A stretch of DNA of 64,000 bases from Phoronis australis (lineage: Eukaryota > Animalia > Phoronida). Positions 36,801 through 48,800 of the stretch are shown here, one piece after another. The notes beneath the pieces were generated by a model that saw only the letters and a program-made list of their open reading frames with translations, did not search any database and was not told where the DNA came from. The stretch covers positions 650,684-714,683 of the forward strand of contig NMRA01000138.1 in assembly GCA_002633005.1 (NCBI GenBank), read 5' to 3'. The first letter of the stretch is position 1. Every line of letters begins with the position of its first letter. Made by a program: the position numbers and the translations under genes.

Positions 36801-39800
36801 AGTCGTGCTGGAGTGCCATTTTAAACGGGAAGAGAGAATGACGTGAATTGCTGCATGTGGATTCTTTGAAGTATAACCTTTCAAATGACCTGTAACAATT
36901 TTTTTCTCAGACTTACTGTTTTTGAGTTATTTGACTTTGAATTTCTTAAAAACAGGCCAAATTTCATTTTTTTTTGACAAATTTACGGAATTGTGTGATA
37001 CTATCAATTTAGATAGAGTTTCAAACGGACTTTCAGAAAATTTTTTCCATTTTTCGCTAGGGCATATACTTTTCGAGTTATTTGAGATTTTCTGATAGCG
37101 TTGTTCCTTTGTTAAGTGCTCTTGCTGCATTGATGTTGGTTTAGGTTCTATTGAACTAGACTGTAGTCTATTTCTTATTGATTTATGACATCTAAGTTCG
37201 GCATATGAATGTTATGTTGTTGATCATCGCCTCCACCATCATCATATTCGTCATCTTCGTCATCATCTCCGACGTCGTCTTTTCTTCAGTTAATTTCGCC
37301 AAGTGTCGCTCCTCGGAGCGCTTTCATTTTATATACTGTATTTATGGATCACTCTTTTGGAAATATGGTAGGCCTACCCATGTTTTTCCTGATGAAAATT
37401 CTACTGGGGACTACCGTAAACGTTCGGGTTAACGCCCTGGGCGGTTAAATTGGCAAACCCAAAAAATCGGGGGTGGGCGGTTAACCAGACATGGGCGCTT
37501 AAACGTGAAACTTCAAAAAATCCAGGGTGGGCGGTTAACCGAACATGGGCGCTTATTACGACAGGCAAGCGCCCTGGGCGGTTAATCTTACCTCGTGATC
37601 GAAGTACCCACACCACACACGTAGGCCTACTCGGAACGCGTAGCACTTATCAACGAGCGTTATCGTCACGTCGCCACATGACGGGAAAAATGTCATAACA
37701 GCGGATGATCCTAACAAAGGTTATCATGCCCTCAGATTAGTTATTCACTATTAAATTTACAGAATTGCTGAGTAATAGCCCCGTGCCGTCCTGCAGTCTT
37801 GTTATTTAGCCCTGTAGAGCGCAGACGACCAGTGACCACGCAGCCTCTACTTGGATTGCAACTATTTCATCTTGCTAAAGTGCGCGCGTGCAAGCTTCAC
37901 TTGTTGCAGAGGTCACAGCAGACATCAAATTNNNNNNNNNNNNNNNNNNNNNNNNNNNNNNNNNNNNNNNNNNNNNNNNNNNNNNNNNNNNNNNNNNNNN
38001 NNNNNNNNNNNNNNNNNNNNNNNNNNNNNNNNNNNNNNNNNNNNNNNNNNNNNNNNNNNNNNNNNNNNNNNNNNNNNNNNNNNNNNNNNNNNNNNNNNNN
38101 NNNNNNNNNNNNNNNNNNNNNNNNNNNNNNNNNNNNNNNNNNNNNNNNNNNNNNNNNNNNNNNNNNNNNNNNNNNNNNNNNNNNNNNNNNNNNNNNNNNN
38201 NNNNNNNNNNNNNNNNNNNNNNNNNNNNNNNNNNNNNNNNNNNNNNNNNNNNNNNNNNNNNNNNNNNNNNNNNNNNNNNNNNNNNNNNNNNNNNNNNNNN
38301 NNNNNNNNNNNNNNNNNNNNNNNNNNNNNNNNNNNNNNNNNNNNNNNNNNNNNNNNNNNNNNNNNNNNNNNNNNNNNNNNNNNNNNNNNNNNNNNNNNNN
38401 NNNNNNNNNNNNNNNNNNNNNNNNNNNNNNNNNNNNNNNNNNNNNGAAAACTCAGCGCGGCAGACAAAGTCGCTGAAAGCGGAGGTTTTGACGCCGGCGG
38501 CGTTCTTAAACTTTGCAAACATGGGAAGAAAATAAAGTGACAAAAACGTTCAAGTATTATATTTTGAAGTGAGTCCATGACCCAAGACAATAACTCGTTA
38601 CTTGTATAATTGCAATTCACATTGCTAAACCACCGTCTCGGAGGCCCGGCATCGTTGCACTCATTGTGATCATCGACCTTTTTCTAAATGTCGGGGAATC
38701 GCGCATTTCCTTAGCACTGGGCGCTAAATCTTCATTGTTTAAAAGTCGGGGATGGGCGCTTAACCGAGAGGTGGGCGCTTAACTGGAAATCTTCAAAAAT
38801 CGCAGGGGGGCGCTTAACCTAGCAGTGGGCGGTTAAATCGAAAATCCACCTAAAGTAGGGGGTGGGCGGTTAACTGAGCATGGGCGTTAACCCGAACGTT
38901 TACGGTAGAAAGGCATTAAAACTGGGGAATCTTCATGTATTTAGGATACAGTATGGAAGACAAGTGGAATTGTGTTTTGTCAAACTTCTCAACAAAAATG
39001 ATGATTGAAAAATTCTAGTCCGCTATAGCTTGTTACGTGTAGTTTCATTAAACCACATTTGGATATTAATTTCCATTTTTTCCAGCAATGTAATCAGCCT
39101 TTACAAAGTAGAAATTAAAATTACAATTGCTGCAGTTTTCGTGCAACTTAGTAAAGAGCTATCGTAGTATCTTTTTGTCATTTGTTTTGAGATACCTTCT
39201 ACAAAATGAAATGTGTAAGGCTTTCTGTTTGGAAGTACAGTGACGTTTTCAAGCTTCTATAGTACAGCGCTGTGTGCTGCCATGTGGAACATACCATCTC
39301 ACTAGGTTTTACTTGAATACATTAGTTAGTTAAGGAAACATTTTACACTGATGAAGGCCGTGTACATATCTCTGAGGCCATCTATTGACAGAAGTAGGAA
39401 CTGCGTAAATACTGGAATTTTCATGTTTGTCACAATGCATATATTTGTTCCACAAGTTCCATTTCTACAGCAGTCTACATCTTCAGTTGAACGTTGTTTT
39501 TAATTTTAGCTTAAGTTACAATAATGTATCGTTCTGCAGTAATAGAAATTTTTGTGTGTTTTCATGTGGCTTCCATATTTTATACACTTGCTCCCTTGCC
39601 TATCTTTATCAAGTGTTATCATAGTGAAGCTTGCAGATTGAAGCATCCATGTGCATTTAATGTCTTGGTATACAACGCCATCTGTTTGTTTGTTACAGTA
39701 TCAACACCAGATCACTATCTTCATTGTTGGTTATGAGAATGTGTGTGGACAGAAACTGAAGCTATTACAACAAGTGAATGATGTAAGCACTGCAGCCATA

Positions 39801-42800
39801 GCGTGTCTAAATTCTCTTAGACACAGCTACGTTCTAATACTGGGAATTTATGGTTGTAATTCCCAGGGTGTATATTAGAAAATCAACTCATTTTACATTT
39901 CTGGTACACCAAGAAGTAAGCCTTAGGGTACATTTGGAAACTTGGGGCCTTTATATTGCATCATAAGATAAGTCATGATAGTGTTTGTTGGGTTGCAATT
40001 AATGTATAATTTCTGAGCATGAATATGAACACGAACCTCAAAGTCATTGATGTACTAATGACAGCTGACAGAAAATATGAGAAAAGTCTTAATTTTTGAC
40101 TGCCAATTGCCGACACTGTTCCTTTTGTTTTGAACCTACCCCTTGAACCTACACTCGGGGGCTGTGCTTGCTTGGAAAAATTCTCGGGTAGATTTGAAGT
40201 TGATACTCAGTTGATCAGGATGCTGTTGTTGGGAATGTAAACCATTTAGGTATTGGAATTTAACTTTTGCTTCCCTAGTAGGTAAAGTTTAATGTTGTCT
40301 AAAGTAGTATTTTGAATTTATGAAACCATGAAAAGAGTAAAAACTGCTTATTATAATTAATGTTTTTTAATTACTTGGTACAAAGTAAATCAATGGATAT
40401 TACTGCTCATCTAGTGACAACTGAATTTTTGGTTTGAATTCTCAATTACGTTCAGTAAAGAATTATGATTTTCCATATATTTCATAACAAAATCAACTTT
40501 TTAGATCGAGTCTTTACATTTTAAATTTGGTTTAAAGCGAGATTGTGCATGTCTCCATCTTGGGAGTCCCTATCATGTTGAGAGACGCTCAGTGGCAAGT
40601 CTTGTCTTTTAAGATATTGCCTTTTGTCAGAATAAATTAGTCACCAGTTCTGAAATAAGATGTCTTAAAGTTTTGCTGTTAAATCTTGAGCGTGGTGAAG
40701 CTCATTGAGAGTATTTTTGACATACTAGTGTCTCAACCTTGTTTCACGGTAGTTTAAATTTGCAGATTTCGGGCCTTCTAAAAGCATGTGACTGCTGCTT
40801 GAGTTCAAAGTGAAGTGCTCAAAATAGCAGCAACACTGGCTGGAGGAATTTTAATATGTGCTATTTGTTAGACATACTTGTGAATTACCAGTAGTGACCC
40901 CTGGTGGCTGCTTTTCTTACATTCAAAGAGTACATTCCATCTCACCAATAATTCTTGTGAGTTAACTGTTGTGGGTTGGTATCAAGCCATGTGACAAAAT
41001 TTAGAATTTGTTTTTACATAAGTCCTGCTACCTGATGAAAAAGTTCCTTGTTTGGTAGTTTAATTTATTCATTCAATAATTCCAGTTCTTCATGGACACC
41101 ACCAACAAGTTTGATGATGAAACCATTAATCCCAAACCTCAGTCACCAGAGCTCAATGTGGAAGAGGCAAGCAAAGCTGTTGAGGATTCGTTGACAACTG
41201 CCAATGAATTGACCAATAAGCTTGAAGAGATTAACAAGGAAATGGTCGACTATCTGACGTCATACGCTCACAACAAAGCGGGAAACAAGTAAGAGTGGTT
41301 TGCATTGTTGTACAGTTGTTTTTATAATATAAAATATTTTTTCCAATTTAATATGAAAGAAAATTCTCTTCATTGTTTGCTGCATTTTAGTCACTTATTC
41401 AAAGCCACATGCGGTGGCATCGTTGAAGACCGTCATTTTGTTTTGTTTCATTCTTAGTGACACATGGCAACACCACAGACAGAATAGAGTTAATGGATTG
41501 TTTCTAGGGGAAAATCAACCTACCCTCGCTACATTAATTTATTTAAATTCCATACAGTACTGATTAAATCAAGCAAAAGTCACAAACTTAAAACTTTAAT
41601 AAATCAACTTAGCAGTGATGAATCTTCTCGTTGAAGTAATCGGTGAACTTGATTCATTCCATAGTGTTATGATGCATAATTAGGAATGCTAACTTACCAG
41701 CCCTGTATGTGATGGTACAACTGCCGTACACTTATTACCCACAATCGTTAGGGTATCACTTGTGGCTACCATAAATGAATTCCAAGTCATTTCTTGGATT
41801 TACAAGGTCGTTATATTTGCATAAGACTCCGATTCAAAGGCTACAGTATTCGGTTCCATGAAACAGTCGCAAAAGGAGCTCGACTATGTTCCCTAAGTTT
41901 GCAACACCTAAACACTGATCGTCATTTCTTTGCTGTTTTTGCTACATTGCTATTTTAGATTTTAGATTTAATGCACAGTGAAACTAAACTCTTCGACATC
42001 GAATTTTTAACATTAGTGAAAATAAACAGAACTTTTCATGCAACGTTCCTAATAAGAGCTGTAGTCCTTACTTATTTTCATTGAAATAAGGGCTCTGTTT
42101 TCATATATATGCATAATTTAGTTCAGTCTCTATTGGGATTGTTTCATGCAACCAGGCACTAATCTCGAACAAAAGATTGGTTGCTTTGTGAGTGTCTATT
42201 ATTATTTTTCATCAGAAAAGCAAAAGACCTGTAAGATCGAGTGATGCTTAATCGCGTGTCTGCATGTGTCTCGTGAAGTTTGCTAGCGAGTGTGTGCCAC
42301 AAAGCACACATGAGTTATTTAGTTTGCTAGAACGCATGCATGTTTGGCTACACATACAATTCATTGTCTTTTGTCCGCCAGAACGTCTACATTTCTTGTA
42401 TGCCTAAGTAACTGTTGAGTACTTTACGAAAATGTGATAACTGTTTAAAACTTGTGGCTGTAGCATACTTTCTCATATGCACAACGATATTAAATGTTTT
42501 GTTTTCAATTTTTCCATTTTTGAATTTGTTTTACAAAGAAAATTACTTGCTTCAACAAATTGTTGTACCTTATCCAATCTGTTTTGTGGTGCTCCATGCA
42601 AACCAGGGCAGTGTTCAGCCTGTTTTCATATGCAGCCATTATCCTTTACTGTCCTAGGCATGCGGTGTTGAAGCACTTTCTGGCTTATGGCAAAATGGTG
42701 TTGAGGTAGCTAACTGTACTGAAATAAGCAGACAGTGTGTGTTTGAGCTTCATCCAGTGCTATCAAGTGTCAACTCTTGGGGTGTACGGATTTAGTTTGG

Positions 42801-45800
42801 AGAGATTCAATCTGTGAAACCAGCTTTCTCAATTTTAATGCAACCAGAGATTTCCAGCACATCATTTTCTGAAAAGAGGTAGTGATATACCTGGTAATTG
42901 CTTTGTCAGTGAATTTTGGGCAGTGCTGAATTTGGTGATGCTAACTGTCAATCAAGTGTTGTAAATTGAACACTTAATATAAGTTTGATTCACTAGACAG
43001 TGTATTCGATATTTTAAAACTTGAAATGCACCATTTTCTGTGGTGTATTTTTACTGGCGAATACATGAAAACTAAATTCAATGTTGATGAGGCCCTGTCA
43101 CATTTACTTCCAAAATATTGCTTCTCTCACTCTTTGTTTTTTGAACTTCAAACACTGTATGTAGCTTGTAGTTGATTAAGTTTGTGGATACATTGACAAT
43201 TTGTTGTGATTTCATGTGGTCTTATGATGTAACTGCATAACCCTCGTAATGTGGTCGGCTTTAACTAACAGTGGACCAAACACTGATTTGTTTGAACGAG
43301 CAGGCTTAGCGAATCCACAGTAAATACTCTTTACTTGTTAAAACATGCAAGTAATCAGATTATTAAAACTTTATTTATGCGTGCCTTGACTCAGTCTCTT
43401 GCTTGTAAAGTGCTGCTGCTTACGCCAAGGAGATGAGGTAAACTTTTCGGTATTCTAAGTGGTGTACAGTTGTTCTCAGTGACGTCAATACTTATTATGA
43501 TTTTTGCACATTTGTGTCAAATTGTTGGTAAAAGGCTGGCAAAGGACAGCAGAAATATAATTTAGAATTCGGCCAAAATCTCAAATGGATCTCAGAACAT
43601 CTCCTGCATAGGAGCAGATCTGAGAAACACTGTTGTTGTTTGTGTGTTAGTCACTTGTGCTTTGTTGTTATTGTTGTTGTGATTGTTATTGTTGTTGTTG
43701 TTGTTGTTGTTGATGGATTATGGTTAATCAAAATCTAAAATTCACTCAATCTGCAAAGCTCAAGCTTGCCACCAAAGTTTGCTTTGAAGTCCAAGCATTG
43801 CAGCTATGATGCGTGTGGTGTGTACAAAATTCTACTTTTAATGAATTTTGTCTTGTTTGTTGGTTCATTTTAGCCTGAACAATCTTTTCTGTTTTTCCTA
43901 CAACTTCTCTCTCCAAAATAAGTATGTGTTCAGGATATTTTGTAGAAAGTGGACTCGAGTAATTATCGTAATAGCAAAAAGTGAGTCATTGTACACCGTC
44001 ACATACTGAATAACTGCCGTACACCACCACCATCTGGTTGATCTGTGCTACCATGTAAAGTTTAATTACCATGTCCTGTGGTCCAGTGCTTAAATGTGTT
44101 ATAAAGTGTCTTTATGTCCGTCTCTTATATGAACTAAGACTTTTAAGGGTGATTTTCCTGTAATAAATGTCAGATGCATGTTAATGTAACATAAAGAAAA
44201 TATCCTGGCCATTAATAACATTGACATTTATGTTGTGTCAGCTGGGGTAACCAATCAAAACCCTTCATGATAACAGGAAGGTAGTCCTGTAATAGTTACT
44301 TACATTTTGAGTCATCCTCTATGTGTGTGTTCATTTAGTGATTCTGTGTTGATAGGGGCAGAAAGAAGTTAGAAAAGGCTCTTCAGCAAGCAAAGGAAGA
44401 TATCACTTCGCTTACCGAAAAACTTATGCAAGCTCAACAAGGTAACATACATGGATCAGAGAATAATTTCTTTCTGGCGCATTACTGGTCTTTACTAGGT
44501 CCTCGGTGGGAAAAGTATAACATGTGTTTTTAAGAAACTAATTGCGATGTGGTATATAGAAATATATGTCAGAGATTATCTTTAACTTTTTTGATAAAAG
44601 AACATTTGATGTTTTGTTTCCCCAATGTCTAAGTGACCTTAAGCCAGACTGTGACTAACCTGTCCTATTTAATTCATTAATGCTTGTGGCTTAGCCGCTG
44701 CTGAAGAAATCCTATTCGCTAATTTCTTTATAAAACATCAATATTAAACATTCAAATCAAAAATCGGAAAATAACTGGGAGTTGGAGAAATAAAATGTGA
44801 ATTCCGATCTTCAGAATGGAGCTTTTTGTTAAAAGTTAAATTAAGACTTGTCGGTGATGTCTTATAAGAAAGTCAACAATGACGTATGGAAATCATGTCA
44901 ATCTAACCATTCCATGATCTTAGCACATGCTATAGACTTGACGCTATACAGGAAGACAATTGTTTGTAATGAACTTTTCTTCACACAGGTTGAAAAAATG
45001 TTGATGGAATGTTCTTCTTGGTTATCTGTTATTGATATGTTGGTGCATGACACCAAAAATAAAAGATAAAATTAAAACATAACGTGCATTAAAGGACAAC
45101 AGTTCTGCGTTACATATTGCAAAGTACACGCGAGACACTAGTGACAAAAAATCTTGGCTTATGATATGGAAATATTGAATTTTCTCCCTTCATTAAACTT
45201 CCAACCTTGTTGACCAATCATTTCAGTTCTCACTAGTAAGGTCATGAGAGTAGTCGTGAAATGCTCAGTCACTTTTCACTGGCATGATTTTGCATGATGT
45301 CTTAAGACTTTGGTGTCACTATGTACACCTGTGTGTGCATGTGTGACTAGCTACTGCTGGGTGTGTTCTCTAGATGTGAGGAACTGGTGAGATCGAAAGA
45401 TCACTTAAAACCTCGCTAAATCACATGATCGAAAGGCAAGTGTTTCATGACTATGCTCAGGACCTTGCGAGCATACCCTGGCGGCCCGCCTCTTATTGAT
45501 TGGTCAGTTAATTGGAATGTTGAATTAGGGAAAGAGTTCACTGTTTCTATTCTCCAATTAAAGATTTGATGTCTTGAGAATACATAGCATATTTGAAAGT
45601 ACTCTAAGAAAGCTGAAATGAAAAATATTTCATCTTTTTATTGAATAAATGAATGTGTATGACAGTTTCAAAGCAACTGAACTCTGCAATTATTTTCTTA
45701 ATATTTATCTAGACTTGGAAGACAGAGAGGAAAAGATGCAACACATGTTTAAGCAAGTGGAGATTAAGAACATGGAAATTCAGAAGTATAAGACAGCTGC

Positions 45801-48800
45801 TGAAGTGGCCAAGGTTTGTGTGCGACTCTTGTTTGATATGTCATTTGTGTGCGGCTCTTGTTTGACGTCATTTGTGTGTGGCTCTTGTTTAGAAAAGGTA
45901 CCCACTCATCCAAGGCTTTACCACAAACAGGTGGCGCTTTGCACCAGTCACATGGTTTGTCGCTTTATCGCTAAGAGGAAGAGGAAGGTATATCCCGCCA
46001 GAACAAACCTGTTCTCAAAGAACCCATATAATACTCAGGTCAAGTCAAAATGTGTGGTTCATTGTTTCCTCTCGATGAATTTTCCAAAAGACCTGATTAA
46101 GGGGAATGTATGGAATTGGTGTATTTCGGGGGTTCACTCATATTGACGAGGTGCCCGCAGGTGCGTGTACCAATACATTATATAATTGCTGGTAGGCGGT
46201 ACTTTTTCAACAAGTTTTGCGGAACCTGCGCGAGGTCCAATAGGTCCCTAAACATTTCATCCCTGCTAAGTAGTAAAGGCCTACTGCACGTACTGGCCTC
46301 AACCCCAATTGGTGCACTGGCCGACTTCCTACAGAAAAATCTACCCCACAAAAAAGGTGTGAATTAGCAGAACTGGCACCAGCAATAAGGGTGCCAATCT
46401 CTCGGCAATTTTCAAGTTCACAATTTATCACACTAGGAAAATACGAGTTTTTAATGAACTCTAAAATCTAAAATCACACTAAAATACTTTAAGGAATGAA
46501 TGAATATTACGTAGTCCTGAAAAGGACTGTTGGGTTGAGTCAAGATAATGCACAAAATTCACAAAAATCGCAACAAGTCTATCAATGTTGAAGGCTAATA
46601 GTCTGCTTGTCTGATTACCCGCTATAAACAAGTGACATGACTGCTTAAAAGCAGCGCTACCTGTTAGTGAAGTGGGGTATTACACACAGCGCCACCTGGT
46701 TGCTGTAAAGCCTTGGATGAGTGGGTACCGTACCTTTTGCCTCTTGTTTGATGTCATTTGTGTGTGGCTCTTGTTTGATGTCATTTACTACTGATTGCCA
46801 TCTTAACATATTGCATATTGGTACCCGAAGTAAAGCATTTTTTCAAAATATTTTTGCTAGATATCTATGCAAGAACCTTGTTTGTAAGTGTGTAGGCGGA
46901 CTTTTTATGTATAGGTGTATATTTATAGACCTGCCTAGTGCTAATGATTCCATGTCAAAATTGCATTGTTCAAATTGGAATCTACATAAATCAAGTTAGT
47001 CACAGGTATCTGAATCGCCCATTGAAGGAAACAAACTACATTCAATCCAGTGTTTTTGCAGCACGAGATATTGTGGATCAAGGTTATCTTTTGACTACTG
47101 ATAAAGATGGGAAGGTTATTGTTGTTGTTGGAAATTATTGTTGCTAAATAACATAAAANCACAATTTATCACACTAGGAAAATACGAGTTTTTAATGAAC
47201 ACTAAAATCTAAAATCACTCTAAAATACTTTAAGGAATGAATTAGTATTACGTAGTCTTGAAAAGGCCTGTTGGGTTGAGTCAAGATAATGCACAAAATT
47301 CACAAAAATCGCAACAAGTCTATCAATGTTGAAGTCTAATAGTCTGCTTGTCTGATTACCCGCTATAAACAAGTGACATGACTGCTTAAAAGCAGCGCTA
47401 CCTGTTAGTGAAGTGGGGTATTACACACAGTGCCACCTGGTTGCTGTAAAGCCTTGGATGAGTGGGTACCGTACCTTTTGCCTCTTGTTTGTTGTCATTT
47501 GTGTGTGGCTCTTGTTTGATGTCATTTACTACTGATTGCCATCTTAACATATTGCATATTGGTACCCGAAGTAAAGCATTTTTTCAAAATATTTTTGCTA
47601 GATATCTATGCAAGAACCTTGTTTGTAAGTGTGTAGGCGGACTTTTTATGTATAGGTGTATATTTATAGACCTGCCTAGTGCTAATGATTCCATGTCAAA
47701 ATTGCATTGTTCAAATTGGAATCTACATAAATCAAGTTAGTCACAGGGATCTGAATCGCCCATTGAAGGAAACAAACTACATTCAATCCAGTGTTTTTGC
47801 AGCACGAGATATTGTGGATCAAGGTTATCTTTTGACTACTGATAAAGATGGGAAGGTTATTGTTGTTGTTGGAAATTATTGTTGCTAAATAACATAAAAT
47901 AAATAATTTAGAAATTTTCATTGAACAAGAACAGAGTTCAAGTGCTTTGTTATAATTTTAAAACCTCATCAGTGACAAATTTTTGCACCATCATACTCGG
48001 ATACGTACATTAAACATTTGGAGTCAAAATGACAACTGAAATAACTTCTTGAAAAATTCCCATTGTCTGCCACTTGGAATGATTGGACACCAAAAATTGC
48101 TTTAGTGCCTCAAATATCTAACAATATTTGTCAATACTTCAAGAAAAATTATCATCATCTTCTACTTTTACTGATATGTAGTGACACATGATGGGGTATT
48201 AATTGCTAAAAACTAACACTGCCTGAAATTATCTAACAATAGGTTACCTTCAGTTGTGCTTGGACCATGTTTGTGACAAATAGTTACTTTCATTTTGATA
48301 CATACGTATTTTTGTTTTACCAGAGGAGTTCTGGTGAGTCTGAAAGTATCCGTGAGGAAATGGACCGCAAAGAAGCTCTGATAAATGAATTAAAAAAGAA
48401 AGTGGATGAACTACAACTTGACCTTGCCCAGAAAGAACATTCCCGTGAGCAGACACAGGCCAAACTAAAGACTGCTACTGTGGACAGTACTGTAAGTGAT
48501 TGTGCAGTCTTGTGCAGTAAATTGTTTCACAAACATTTGGAGATATTGGTGTGGCCTTATTCTGGAAAGTTAGTATGATAAGTTGAACATGTCCTACTGG
48601 CTAAACACTACCTATTGCTTTAAATGAAATTTTCATTTAGTTCAGGATTTAGTGTGACAGATATCAATGAGAAACAATCGATGTTTCTTATGTTTGTGAT
48701 TATTGTGATTTTGAGGTACTGCTGATAATGTCAGGTGATGGAATTACAATTTCAGTGTTGTTACATGTTGAAAATGAGGCTTTTCTATCAAATTCTTTAA

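Noticed and set aside
37799-38620. ORFs of more than 200 aa in five frames
   Set aside because: Artefacts of translating across the N gap 37932-38445; the same applies to ORFs over gaps 11086-11160 and 23599-23773.
46721-47921. Duplicated small ORFs (92 aa, 69 aa, 73/79 aa)
   Set aside because: Products of the 740-bp duplication; intronic, with no recognisable motifs.
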